NCBI GenBank assembly: GCA_007132095.1
Contig: SLPH01000064.1
Coordinates: 1 to 59,878 of the forward strand
Direction: 5' to 3'
From: Syntrophomonadaceae bacterium
Lineage (GTDB): Bacteria > Bacillota > Dethiobacteria > DTU022
Length of the DNA: 59,878 nucleotides
Below are positions 1-9,584 of this stretch, piece after piece. Numbering within the stretch: position 1 is the first letter of the stretch; every line of letters begins with the position of its first letter. A program made the position numbers and the translations under genes. The notes below the pieces were generated by a model, which was given only the letters and a program-made list of their open reading frames with translations, did not search any database and was not told the origin of the DNA.

Positions 1-144
1 GAAAATGGCACAGAGCCGAAAGGCCCCGATCAGGATGAGCACCATGACAATATTCATGACCTGGTTAAACCGTTTGAGCCGGTTGACGTTATCGAAATGA
101 TTGATCAGGGTGCATCTAAAGACAGGGTTGACTTACCCTTTTAA
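1..144 (+). CDS. 3' end of a gene, probably single-stranded DNA-binding protein (partial)
   Basis: Frame 1 is open from base 1 to TAA 142-144. It encodes an acidic, disordered-looking tail ending ...KDRVDLPF, like the SSB C-terminal D-D-L/I-P-F motif. The OB fold is not in the window. Confidence 0.5.
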   Translation, partial: ENGTEPKGPDQDEHHDNIHDLVKPFEPVDVIEMIDQGASKDRVDLPF

Positions 145-170
145 TTAAGGGCAAACTTTACACAAAACAG

Positions 171-197
171 CCCTTCTCTGTCCGGGAAGGGTTTTTT
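171..197 (+). terminator. Intrinsic terminator
   Basis: CCCTTCTC-TGTCC-GGGAAGGG hairpin followed by TTTTTT, just after the upstream stop codon. Confidence 0.75.
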
Positions 198-315
198 GTT
201 GTCGTAACATGGGGGAAATAGTATTATTAGCTTAACGTTGGGGCAGGTAATGTTTGGTTTCCGGTTGTTATTTTTGAGCTCTCCTTTAATTATAAATCGG
301 TGGTGTGGTGAATAA

Positions 316-1011
316 ATGAGCGGGCGTATTTTAATAGTGGATGATGAAAAACCTATTGCTGAAATACTTAAGTATAACCTGGAAAAAGAAGGTTATGAAA
401 CGCTTCTTGCATATGATGGCGATGAGGCCCTGCGCATGGTTGAGCAGCACAACCCCGATTTGATCATTCTTGACGTGATGATGCCCGGTAAGGACGGCTA
501 TGCCGTGTGCCGGGAGATCCGGACGGCCAGAAAAGTCCCAATAATAATGTTAACGGCCAGGGAGACTGAGCTTGATAAAGTCTTAGGCCTTGAACTCGGA
601 GCAGACGACTACGTTACGAAACCTTTTAGCGCGCGCGAGGTAACGGCCAGGGTTAAAGCAGTGCTTCGGCGCTTCAGGGATCTTAATCATGACGCAGAAG
701 GGATTAAAGGCCGGCTGGAAAGCGGTGAAATGACTGTTGATTTAGATCAGTTCCAGGTTTATAATCGGGGCGAGTCAGTAGAAGTTACTTTGCGGGAATT
801 TAACCTGCTTGTATATCTCATGCAGAGACCGGGTCAGGTTTACAGCCGTGAACAGCTGTTAAACCAGGTATGGGGTTACGATTTTATCGGAGATGAAAGA
901 ACGGTAGATGTGACTGTGCGCCGGTTGAGAGAAAAGCTTGAAGTTGATCCAGCCAATCCTGAATTTATCCAAACAAAAAGGGGTGTAGGCTATTATTTCA
1001 GGAGGGCGTAA
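316..1011 (+). CDS. walR: OmpR-family response regulator WalR (YycF)
   Basis: Receiver domain (ILIVDDEKPIAEILKYNL, LDVMMP, DDYVTKPF) plus winged helix (RTVDVTVRRLREKLE..P..IQTKRGVGY). Followed by walK-yycH-yycI. Confidence 0.93.
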   Translation: MSGRILIVDDEKPIAEILKYNLEKEGYETLLAYDGDEALRMVEQHNPDLIILDVMMPGKDGYAVCREIRTARKVPIIMLTARETELDKVLGLELGADDYVTKPFSAREVTARVKAVLRRFRDLNHDAEGIKGRLESGEMTVDLDQFQVYNRGESVEVTLREFNLLVYLMQRPGQVYSREQLLNQVWGYDFIGDERTVDVTVRRLREKLEVDPANPEFIQTKRGVGYYFRRA

Positions 1012-1012
1012 A

Positions 1013-2806
1013 CTATTTTCAGGCCTCCAGTGGAAGATTGTACTCATCTATTTTTTGCTCATACTTTTTTCCCTGCAGCTAATCAGCGTATATTTGGTTC
1101 AATCACTGGAAAAATACTATCTGGGGAATTACAAGGAAAGCTTTGAAAACCAGGCCAGGCTTATTTCTGCATTCATGGCTCCCCGTTTCGAAGAAGGCCA
1201 GGGTTGGGCGGAAGATACCGTACGACTGGCAAGAGAATTGCGGGAAATGCACGAAATGGAGATCATGGTTCTTGACAACTATGCTTTAATAATCGGCACT
1301 TCAGGTAATCAGGCTCTGATAGGCCGCCGTTTGGTCAGGGATGAAATTACGCGCGCTTTAGCCGGTAACTCCAGCGATTATATCCGTTACGATTCCATCA
1401 ACCAGGAGCGACGCTATTACCTTGCTTACCCAATTCAGGGGGAGCAGTCAACCCTGGGCATTATTTACCTCAGCGGCTCATTGGAAAGTGTTGATACAAC
1501 TTTGAACGAGGTTAAAGCGATCCTGCTCACCGGTGCCGGCCTTGCGTTACTGGTCAGTTTCATCCTCGGCATTGTTCTGACCAGAACAATAACGGAACCA
1601 ATTCAGGATGTAACGAAGCAGGCCCATCAGATGGCCAGCGGCGATTTTTCACGCAATATAAATGTACATTCTTCGGACGAGCTGGGCCGGTTGGGAGAGT
1701 CATTTAACTACCTGGCCGATAGGCTCAGCGATACAATTAGCGAAATGTCAACGGAAAAAAGCAAGGTTGAAGCGATAATTAATAACATGTCGGATGGAAT
1801 CATTGCCCTTGACGGTAAGGGCAGATTGATTCAAATCAATCCCGCTGCCCGGTTACTGCTTGATGACCTGCAGTTAAAAATACCTCCGGTTAACCGGTCC
1901 GGTTTCAGCCTTTTGCGAAACCTGATTGGCCCTGAAGCGACCAGGAGCTTTGTTCGTCAGCAAAACCCGTTAACCGCCGAGATTACAAGAAAGTCACCTT
2001 CCTGCACTGTTCAGGTTAAGTTGGCCCCCTTTAAAGCGGATATGGGCAAACTTGATGGCACGCTCATGGTTTTACATGATGTGACCAGGGAGCGCGAGTT
2101 GACTAAACGGCAGGAAGAGTTTGTTGCCGATGTCTCCCATGAGCTGAGAACACCGCTGACCACGATAAAGAGCTATATTGACACGCTTCTGGATGGCGCT
2201 TCGGAAGAGCCGGAGGTTCGTAACAAATTTCTCTCCGTTCTGGCCTCGGAAACAGACCGGATGGTTAGCATGGTAAAAGATTTGCTTTCCCTGTCGCAGA
2301 TGGACAACCAGGTCCACTGGAATAAATCGCCGATCGATCTATTAGATATCGCCCATGAAGCTGAAGAATTGGTTCGACAGAAGCTGGGAAGCGAAAAACC
2401 GGCCATAACCCTTGACTTCACACGGGGTTTGCCAATAGTCAATGCTGACAGGAATAAGATTATGCAGGTGTTTATAAACTTGCTCAGCAATGCAGCTAAA
2501 TTTACACCACCCGATGGAACGATCAGGGTTAAAGCTTCGGAAGAAGACGGGTTTGTCAGGATACTGGTTGAGGATACCGGTAAAGGCATTCCCCCGGATG
2601 AATTGCCCAAGATATTTGAAAGGTTTTACAGGGTAGAAAAAACGCGCAGCCGGGATTTTGGCGGCACCGGACTGGGCTTATCCATCGTTAGAAAAATTGT
2701 TGAAGCGCATGATGGTGAGGTCTGGGTTACGAGTGAGCCCGGTTTTGGAACGAAGGTATGGTTTACCCTGCCGTGCTCGCGGGAAGCAGAGGTGACTGGA
2801 AGTTGA
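1013..2806 (+). CDS. walK: Sensor histidine kinase WalK (TM-HAMP-PAS-HisKA-HATPase); start uncertain
   Basis: H-box VSHELRTPLT, N-box NLLSNAAKF, G boxes DTGKGI and GGTGLGL, HAMP and PAS domains. The WalK-like N-terminus (FSGLQWKIVLIYFLL) lies upstream of the first canonical start (TTG 1055), so the start is placed tentatively at 1013 (alternatives 992/995). Confidence 0.9.
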   Translation, partial: LFSGLQWKIVLIYFLLILFSLQLISVYLVQSLEKYYLGNYKESFENQARLISAFMAPRFEEGQGWAEDTVRLARELREMHEMEIMVLDNYALIIGTSGNQALIGRRLVRDEITRALAGNSSDYIRYDSINQERRYYLAYPIQGEQSTLGIIYLSGSLESVDTTLNEVKAILLTGAGLALLVSFILGIVLTRTITEPIQDVTKQAHQMASGDFSRNINVHSSDELGRLGESFNYLADRLSDTISEMSTEKSKVEAIINNMSDGIIALDGKGRLIQINPAARLLLDDLQLKIPPVNRSGFSLLRNLIGPEATRSFVRQQNPLTAEITRKSPSCTVQVKLAPFKADMGKLDGTLMVLHDVTRERELTKRQEEFVADVSHELRTPLTTIKSYIDTLLDGASEEPEVRNKFLSVLASETDRMVSMVKDLLSLSQMDNQVHWNKSPIDLLDIAHEAEELVRQKLGSEKPAITLDFTRGLPIVNADRNKIMQVFINLLSNAAKFTPPDGTIRVKASEEDGFVRILVEDTGKGIPPDELPKIFERFYRVEKTRSRDFGGTGLGLSIVRKIVEAHDGEVWVTSEPGFGTKVWFTLPCSREAEVTGS

Positions 2807-4173
2807 AAGAAAAATTAAAGAGTGTGGCGTTGATTCTTCTGATAGCCCTAAGTCTCTATTTAACCCACCAGCTCTGGTATGGGCAGCTTCTGGCGGAAGA
2901 ATCGGCAGAAGCGGTTTATGAAAGAGTAGTTGTAGAAAACCCTCGCCCTCTGACCCAGGTTCTGGCGCCGGCTAACATACTGGTTAGCCTGGATAACACA
3001 ATGTACTCTCTGCAGGAAAGCGGACCAGCTTTTACATATATGTGGCCTGAACTATCCGGCCTGCTTCAAGAGTTGGAGTATACAGTTTACCCGGAACCGG
3101 CACCTGAACTTGACCCACCTGATGCCTGCATCCACCTTTATTTTCAGCCATACCTGCCGGTTGGATCTGAACAACCCTGGGTTAAAGGGTCTCCCCCCGA
3201 ATTAGTCGACCAAATCCTGATCAGTTGTGATGGCGAGAGAGGGATGCTGAAAATGGTGCTTTCTGAAAATGGAGGGGCCGTTGTCCTCTCTTTATCAGCA
3301 GAAGTGATGGAAAAAATAGATGCCCTTATTGCCGGGCTTCCCCTGCAAGAACTTAACTCTGTCGCCGTTTTAAATTCTGATGCGGCCTCTGTGGCGGCAT
3401 CCCGGAATATTGTAATAAAAAAACCGATTGTCATACCAGATCAGCAGTTAATGATGACAAGCCTGGAATTAATGCCGGAAGATATAGACAGGGAACTGAT
3501 TTTGAAAACATTTTTTATTAATCCCGGATTAGTTCGAACAGTTGAGGAAAGAGACGGCGGCCTTCTTTACACGGACGGTGAAAGAGGTTTAAGGATTATT
3601 GAACACAACCTGGAATATTCCTTTCCCCTACTTGAATCGACCCAGGTCAACCTGAGTTATACTGAGGCACTTAACAGCAGCAGCTCATACTTAAGTTATC
3701 ATGGAGGCTGGACCCCAAATTTAAGGCTTGAGTCGCTAAATCCCGGGATAAGGATGGGTAACAGATACTACCAGGCTCAGTGGCGCATGTATTTTGAGGG
3801 TTACCCCGCTTATTCACGCAGGCCAGTAATTGCTATTTTTAATGACAGGGGCCTTTTGAACTATAATCGCTCTATTTACAAGCCGATTAGCATTGTTATT
3901 GAACCCGACACCGAAGATGATGACGATTTGGGGCCGGATATAGAAACAGCACCCTGGCAGGAAGCGTTGCGAGAAGCGCTGCTTTTGCGTGATCTGGAAC
4001 GATCAACAGCCCAGGATTCGGTCGTTCTTGAAGACTTACATCTTGGGTATGCTGTAACCGGAACAACTGCTACGATCCGGGCTTTGCCTGTCTGGGTGAT
4101 CAAGATTGACGGAATGCGCTTTCTTTTGCAGGCTGACAATCTCTCACTAATAACCGTGGAGGATTTGTTATGA
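2803..4173 (+). CDS. yycH: YycH-family WalK regulatory protein
   Basis: TTG start after GAGGTG RBS. N-terminal EKLKSVALILLIALSLYLT..LW anchor, YTDGERGLRI motif, position in wal operon. Confidence 0.8.
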   Translation: MKEKLKSVALILLIALSLYLTHQLWYGQLLAEESAEAVYERVVVENPRPLTQVLAPANILVSLDNTMYSLQESGPAFTYMWPELSGLLQELEYTVYPEPAPELDPPDACIHLYFQPYLPVGSEQPWVKGSPPELVDQILISCDGERGMLKMVLSENGGAVVLSLSAEVMEKIDALIAGLPLQELNSVAVLNSDAASVAASRNIVIKKPIVIPDQQLMMTSLELMPEDIDRELILKTFFINPGLVRTVEERDGGLLYTDGERGLRIIEHNLEYSFPLLESTQVNLSYTEALNSSSSYLSYHGGWTPNLRLESLNPGIRMGNRYYQAQWRMYFEGYPAYSRRPVIAIFNDRGLLNYNRSIYKPISIVIEPDTEDDDDLGPDIETAPWQEALREALLLRDLERSTAQDSVVLEDLHLGYAVTGTTATIRALPVWVIKIDGMRFLLQADNLSLITVEDLL

Positions 4174-5060
4174 ATTTAGGTAAGGCTAAAATGATTCTGA
4201 TTGTAGCGTTTACCGGTCTTAACCTATTCCTGGGTTATTACCTGTTCTGGCCTGAAGTGGGCAGGTTGGCCAGTAATGGTTCATTTAGTCCGGAGGAACA
4301 GCGGCTGGCTGAAGAGTGGTTAAATGAAAACAACTACTACGTACAGGTTCCCATGGATAGATCGGTCAGGGTCAGCGATTTTATAACCGTTACCGCAGAT
4401 TTCAGGCTGCGGTCTCAGTTAATCGATCGTTTTGCCGAAACAGTCAGTTTTCCTGTCGAAACAATACAGTCTTTGTATTACAGGGGAGACAAAGAAGTTA
4501 TGGTTGTTCATTCAAACGGTTTGATCCAGCTCAGGTTTCAACCGCCGCTGGCTATGCTTACTGAAAACGTGGCAACAGCGGACCAGACCCTTCATAATGA
4601 AGCAGCTGATCTCTTAACCCGTGAGGGGCTTATGCCAGAAGGCCTTCGGTTTGACTATGTTGAATCGAAGCATGATGGTGAGCTGATATTGAATTATATC
4701 CAGGTTTTTGATGGGTTGCCCCTGTATGCGGGAACCTTTAAGATTTATGTAAAAAATGATATGATTGAACAGATTGATTATTACCTGTTAAGCCCGCTTG
4801 AAAGTTCGCCTGACAGGGAAATCGAAACTCTTGCTGCCATAGAAGCGCTGACAAGGCTGGTTGAAGACCTGGGGCCGAGTGATACGCCCCGTGCAGTTAG
4901 CGGGTTCGAGTTTGGTTACTATAGCGGTGAGTATGATGCGGAAAAATGGGAAGTGCCGCCTGTCTGGCGTTTCATTCTTGATGATGGGCAATACTATTAT
5001 GTCAATGCTTTCACCGGCAACATCGAATTCGAAGCTATCATACCAGAGCAGTTGCAATAA
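4170..5060 (+). CDS. yycI: YycI-family WalK regulatory protein
   Basis: MNLGKAKMILIVAFTGLNLFL N-terminus and C-terminal PVWRF...YYVNAFTG, typical of YycI. ATGA overlap with yycH. Confidence 0.85.
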   Translation: MNLGKAKMILIVAFTGLNLFLGYYLFWPEVGRLASNGSFSPEEQRLAEEWLNENNYYVQVPMDRSVRVSDFITVTADFRLRSQLIDRFAETVSFPVETIQSLYYRGDKEVMVVHSNGLIQLRFQPPLAMLTENVATADQTLHNEAADLLTREGLMPEGLRFDYVESKHDGELILNYIQVFDGLPLYAGTFKIYVKNDMIEQIDYYLLSPLESSPDREIETLAAIEALTRLVEDLGPSDTPRAVSGFEFGYYSGEYDAEKWEVPPVWRFILDDGQYYYVNAFTGNIEFEAIIPEQLQ

Positions 5061-5146
5061 CTCTGTGTAGTTAGAGAGGGCTTTCATAGCCTGTGCAGGT
5101 TCCGCTGCCGAATGGCTGCAGCAAAATGAGACTATTGGAGGTCACA

Positions 5147-6436
5147 GTGGACAAATATATTATTAAGGGAGCAACGAAATTAAAAGGATCGGTAAAGATT
5201 AGCGGTGCAAAAAACGCTGCAGTGGCGATTCTTCCAGCTGCTATTCTGACCGAAAAAACCGTATCTTTACAAAACGTACCGGACATAGATGATGTTCGTA
5301 CCCTGATTCAAATTTTGGAAAACCTTGGCGCCAATATCCGCCGCCGGGGCAGGAACGCATTAGATATTACCCCCGGGGGACTATTCAGGCACGCTCCTGC
5401 TTATGAACTGGTTAAAAAGATGCGAGCCTCGTATTATTTTATGGGCAGCCTGTTGGCCCGTTTCGGGCAGGCTAAAGTGCCAATTCCCGGTGGCTGTGAT
5501 TTAGGACCCCGGCCTATCGATCAGCACCTGAAAGGATTCGCAGCGCTGGGGGCTAAAATTGAGATCAAGCACGGTATGATCAATCTCTCAACCAATGGGC
5601 TGAAAGGGTCGAGAATTTACTTTGATGTTGTTAGCATCGGAGCTACAGTAAACCTGATGCTGGCCGCTTCTGCGGCAGAAGGTCGCACTGTTCTTGAAAA
5701 TGTGGCCAAAGAACCGGAGATAGTTGACCTGGCAAACTTTTTAAATGCCATGGGAGCCTCAATCAGGGGTGCCGGAACCGACGTAATTCGTATTGATGGC
5801 GCTAAATCTTTTCATGGAGCTCAGCATGTAATTATTCCCGACCGAATTGAGGCCGGAACCTTCATGCTGGCTGCCGCTACAACGGGCGGGGACGTTCTGG
5901 TTGAAGATGTAATACCGAAGCACGTTGAAGCCATAACCGCGAAACTAAGGGAAACCGGAGCAGAGTTGGAGATAGAACCGGAGAGAATCCGGGTCTGGAG
6001 CAAGGGAGTGCTTAAACCCTCTGATCTTAAAACATTCCCTTATCCCGGTTTTCCCACCGACTTACAGCCTCCCGGCATGGTTTTATTGACCGCCGCTAAA
6101 GGGCTCAGTGTGGTTACCGAGAATGTGTTTGACGGTCGCTATAATCATGTCGACGAGCTGAAACGGATGGGTGCCAGGATAAAAGTTGAAGGCCGGACCG
6201 CCATGATAGATGGAGGAGTGAAGCTCACAGGAGCGCCGGTTCATGTAACTGACCTTCGTTCAGGGGCTGCCTTGATTATTGCTGCGATAGCAGCAGAGGG
6301 AGAAAGCGAAATCAATGCAATAGAGCATGTTGATCGAGGCTACGAAGATTTCAACAAAAAGCTGACAGGACTGGGCGCCTGCATCAGAAGGGTAGAGGGG
6401 CCGGTGGTTCAGGAAGAGCGGATCAATGACAAATGA
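5147..6436 (+). CDS. murA: UDP-N-acetylglucosamine 1-carboxyvinyltransferase
   Basis: GTG after GGAGG. Motifs ISGAKNAA, KMRASYY, PGGCDLGPRPIDQH (catalytic Cys), PYPGFPTDLQ, HVDRGYE. Confidence 0.96.
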   Translation: MDKYIIKGATKLKGSVKISGAKNAAVAILPAAILTEKTVSLQNVPDIDDVRTLIQILENLGANIRRRGRNALDITPGGLFRHAPAYELVKKMRASYYFMGSLLARFGQAKVPIPGGCDLGPRPIDQHLKGFAALGAKIEIKHGMINLSTNGLKGSRIYFDVVSIGATVNLMLAASAAEGRTVLENVAKEPEIVDLANFLNAMGASIRGAGTDVIRIDGAKSFHGAQHVIIPDRIEAGTFMLAAATTGGDVLVEDVIPKHVEAITAKLRETGAELEIEPERIRVWSKGVLKPSDLKTFPYPGFPTDLQPPGMVLLTAAKGLSVVTENVFDGRYNHVDELKRMGARIKVEGRTAMIDGGVKLTGAPVHVTDLRSGAALIIAAIAAEGESEINAIEHVDRGYEDFNKKLTGLGACIRRVEGPVVQEERINDK

Positions 6437-6490
6437 CAGGCTTTTCTGTTAAAATGAGTTATATGCTAAAGTTAAAAGGAGGACGCTGCA

Positions 6491-7663
6491 ATGAACAACT
6501 GGCATGATCCCGAATCAGGTAGGCACCGCGGTGGCCTGTGGTCATTTGTTGGGATGCTTTCTTTTGGGCTGCTTTGCATATTGCTGGGAGCGGCAATGGT
6601 TTATGGTCTATTTTCTTACTTCCTGCTGCCGGCAGATTCTGATCCGCCGGAGCTTGAAGGCGATGAGATTGCAGAACCAGCCCCTGAAACAGGAAATGGA
6701 ATTCTGGATCCTGTTCCAGATCTCGAAGGAAACGACCTGGTTGACATAGTACAGAATATTGTGCCGGCAGTGGTGGGCGTTAACAACCAGGTGGTGGTTG
6801 AGCAGTTTGGGCAGGAAACTACCAGGGATATAGAAACCGGTTCCGGTGTTGTAATCTCCATAGATGGTTATATAGTCACCAACCAGCATGTAATAGAAAA
6901 CGCGGAAAAGATTATGGTTCTATTCAGCGATCAAACCTACCGCGAAGCTGAACTGATCGGCTATGATACCCTGACTGATTTAGCTTTGCTTAAGGTTGAA
7001 GCGGAAGACTTAGTCTATATTCCGCTTGGAGACTCAGATCAGGTTAACGTAGGCCAGCGGGTTTTAGCTGTGGGTAATCCGCTTGGTTTCCAGCAGACAG
7101 TCACGTCCGGCATTATCAGCGCTCTTGACAGGCAGGTCAGGGTTCCGGGCAGTGAATATGCCTATACCTTTATCCAGACCGATGCGATGATTAACCCCGG
7201 TAACAGCGGTGGTCCCCTGGTAGATATGAATGGTAATATTATTGGCATCAATACGGCAAAAGTTTCATTGCCCGGAGTAGAAGGAATTGGCTTTTCCATT
7301 CCGAGCAATATTGTTAAAAGGGTCATTGACGACCTGGAGGAGCAGGGCAGAGTATCCAGGCCCCATCTCGGGGTTCTCCTGGAAGACTGGATAGATTATA
7401 GCGGGGAACAGGCCCGGCTTGGTGTAAGGATAGTGGACATTGCTGAAGGTACTCCGGCCGATGTTGCAGGATTATTACCTGGCGACGTGATCATAAGCAT
7501 CGAAGGAAAGCACGTTCACTTTTTTGCACAGCTCTTTGATCGCCTGTTCCAGTTTTACCCCGGAGACCAGATAACCATAGGTGTACTCCGGGAAGATATA
7601 GTAGAAACCTTTACAGTCGTACCAGATGAGAGGCCTGAAAGGCACCCGCTTGAAGGCGAATAA
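6491..7663 (+). CDS. htrA: HtrA/DegP-family membrane-anchored serine protease with PDZ
   Basis: N-terminal TM; catalytic triad motifs TNQHV, DLALLKV, INPGNSGGPL; C-terminal PDZ; AAGGAGG RBS. Confidence 0.93.
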   Translation: MNNWHDPESGRHRGGLWSFVGMLSFGLLCILLGAAMVYGLFSYFLLPADSDPPELEGDEIAEPAPETGNGILDPVPDLEGNDLVDIVQNIVPAVVGVNNQVVVEQFGQETTRDIETGSGVVISIDGYIVTNQHVIENAEKIMVLFSDQTYREAELIGYDTLTDLALLKVEAEDLVYIPLGDSDQVNVGQRVLAVGNPLGFQQTVTSGIISALDRQVRVPGSEYAYTFIQTDAMINPGNSGGPLVDMNGNIIGINTAKVSLPGVEGIGFSIPSNIVKRVIDDLEEQGRVSRPHLGVLLEDWIDYSGEQARLGVRIVDIAEGTPADVAGLLPGDVIISIEGKHVHFFAQLFDRLFQFYPGDQITIGVLREDIVETFTVVPDERPERHPLEGE

Positions 7664-7716
7664 TCACAATGCGATGCCTATATAAGCGCCGAAAGGGCGG
7701 ACTATAAGCGAAAGCA

Positions 7717-8646
7717 GTGTCATCTATGCGTGTTCTCTTGATTTTTATCGATGGAGTAGGGCTTGGTAAAGCAGCAGGCTCGAACCCGCTGTATTATTTA
7801 AACACTCCCGGTATTGCATCCATTCTTGGTGGTCAGCAGTTAATAAGCGACAGCATCGGGTTTGAGTGTGACAAGGCTTCTCTGCTCGGCCTTGACGCTA
7901 CGCTAAACGTACCCGGTTTACCCCAGAGCGCCACAGGACAGGCTGCAATTTTTACCGGAGAAAATGCAGCAGCTTTGGTGGGAGAGCACATTAATGGCTA
8001 CCCGGAAAAAACGATTAGAGATTTGCTATACGATAAGAGCCTCTTCAAAAGAATCAGGGAAAAAGGGTTCAATTGCTGTTTTGCCAATGCTTACCGTCCG
8101 GCTTTTTTTGAAATGTTAGAGCTTGGCCTGCCAGGATACACTTACTCCTGCTCAACCCTGGCCAGCTTTTTCGGAGGTTTAAATTTTTTTAGCCTCGACG
8201 ATATCCGAACCGGCGGAGCCCTGTACATGGATATTACTAATCGTGTTCTATTGCAAATGGGTTTTGACATTCCCATCATAGAGCCGGAAGAAGGGGCGAA
8301 AAGGCTTCTTGAAATCAGTAAAGATTACGACTTCTGTATGTTTGAGTACTTTTTAAGCGATATTGCCGGTCACACCGCCAACCCAGAGGAAGCAGAGCCG
8401 GTTATTGAAACGCTCGACCGTTTTATCGGAGCGATGGCCTCAGATATTTCTTCTGGTGAAGCCCTGATCATGTTTACCAGTGATCACGGGAACCTGGAAG
8501 ACCTGGCTACCAGAGAGCACACTTATAACAAGGTTCCGCTGCTGCTAATCGGTTCTCGCGCACTACGCCGGCTTCCCGAAATGCAAGCGCAATGCCTGAC
8601 CGATGTTTTGCCGGCAATAATTGCTGCCCTGCAGTATGATCGGTAA
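7717..8646 (+). CDS. Alkaline-phosphatase-superfamily metalloenzyme (phosphoglycerate-mutase/phosphopentomutase-like)
   Basis: Metal ligand motifs IFIDGVG, PQSATGQ, SDIAGH, TSDHGN, HT.N.VP. Confidence 0.7.
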   Translation: MSSMRVLLIFIDGVGLGKAAGSNPLYYLNTPGIASILGGQQLISDSIGFECDKASLLGLDATLNVPGLPQSATGQAAIFTGENAAALVGEHINGYPEKTIRDLLYDKSLFKRIREKGFNCCFANAYRPAFFEMLELGLPGYTYSCSTLASFFGGLNFFSLDDIRTGGALYMDITNRVLLQMGFDIPIIEPEEGAKRLLEISKDYDFCMFEYFLSDIAGHTANPEEAEPVIETLDRFIGAMASDISSGEALIMFTSDHGNLEDLATREHTYNKVPLLLIGSRALRRLPEMQAQCLTDVLPAIIAALQYDR

Positions 8647-8684
8647 GCAGCGAAATCCTGAAAACCGGGGGAGAATGCAAGAGA

Positions 8685-9311
8685 ATGATTGTTGAAAATC
8701 TCGTCGTCAGTATGTTTGCCACTAACTGTTATATTGCGGTTTGTGAGGAGACCGGGGAAGGTATCGTAATAGATCCCGGAGCGGGCGCAGAATCTATTCA
8801 TAATCGAATTAAAGCTGTCGATGCAAAGATTAAATATATTGTAAATACCCATGGCCATGTCGATCATGTTGCCGCCAACGGCAAACTGAAAGAAATATTA
8901 GAGGTTCCCATACTGCTGAACCGCGATGATCTTGAACTTTATAAAAAGCCCGGTTTCGGGCTAAGTATATTATTAAGCAAGCTGCCGGAACCGGATCGTT
9001 TCATTTCTGAGGGAGACAAAATAAGGTTTGGCAACATAGCGCTAAATGTCCTGGAAACGCCGGGGCACACCCCGGGCGGAGTATCACTTTATGGAGAAGG
9101 GTGCGTTTTTACCGGAGACACTCTTTTTGCCGGCTCTATTGGCCGGACAGATTTAGCAGGCGGTTCTTTACCTGAAATACTGGGCAGCATTAAAGAGAAG
9201 CTCTTGTCTTTGCCGGACAATATGAAGGTTTATCCCGGGCACGGTCCCGCCTCGACGATCGGACACGAAGCGAAAACCAACATGTTCCTGATAAATTCTT
9301 CCAACCTCTAA
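8685..9311 (+). CDS. MBL-fold metallohydrolase (glyoxalase II/YqgX-like)
   Basis: THGHVDH, TPGHTPG, GDTLFAGSIGRTD, YPGHGP. Confidence 0.9.
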   Translation: MIVENLVVSMFATNCYIAVCEETGEGIVIDPGAGAESIHNRIKAVDAKIKYIVNTHGHVDHVAANGKLKEILEVPILLNRDDLELYKKPGFGLSILLSKLPEPDRFISEGDKIRFGNIALNVLETPGHTPGGVSLYGEGCVFTGDTLFAGSIGRTDLAGGSLPEILGSIKEKLLSLPDNMKVYPGHGPASTIGHEAKTNMFLINSSNL

Positions 9312-9371
9312 GCGGGCAGTTTATATCGGTCCATTATAACTTCTGCAGAATCTAATAAATTTAAATTTAAT

Positions 9372-9398
9372 AAAGGATATTTGGGGTTTATATAGAAT
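9372..9398 (+). promoter_or_regulatory. Putative sigma-H promoter
   Basis: AAAGGATAT...TAGAAT with 17 nt between AGGA and GAAT, matching the Bacillus sigma-H consensus. Confidence 0.55.
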
Positions 9399-9584
9399 AA
9401 TAGCCTATCGACATTCATTATATCTTTATTGGCCGAGGTTCCTCAGAATAAGACATTTTAAAAATTATTTGCCAGTTCGAGGCTGGTCAGGTTTATTCCC
9501 GCGGAAAAGAGAGACAGGTCACTCCCGCCCGTCAGATCACCTAATGCATATAATTTAAATAATATCCTTTAGTCTGGAAAACAT

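Noticed and set aside
145-170. GGGCAAAC as the start of a c-di-GMP riboswitch
   Set aside because: No GNRA-capped stem or second stem follows; the downstream hairpin is a plain terminator.
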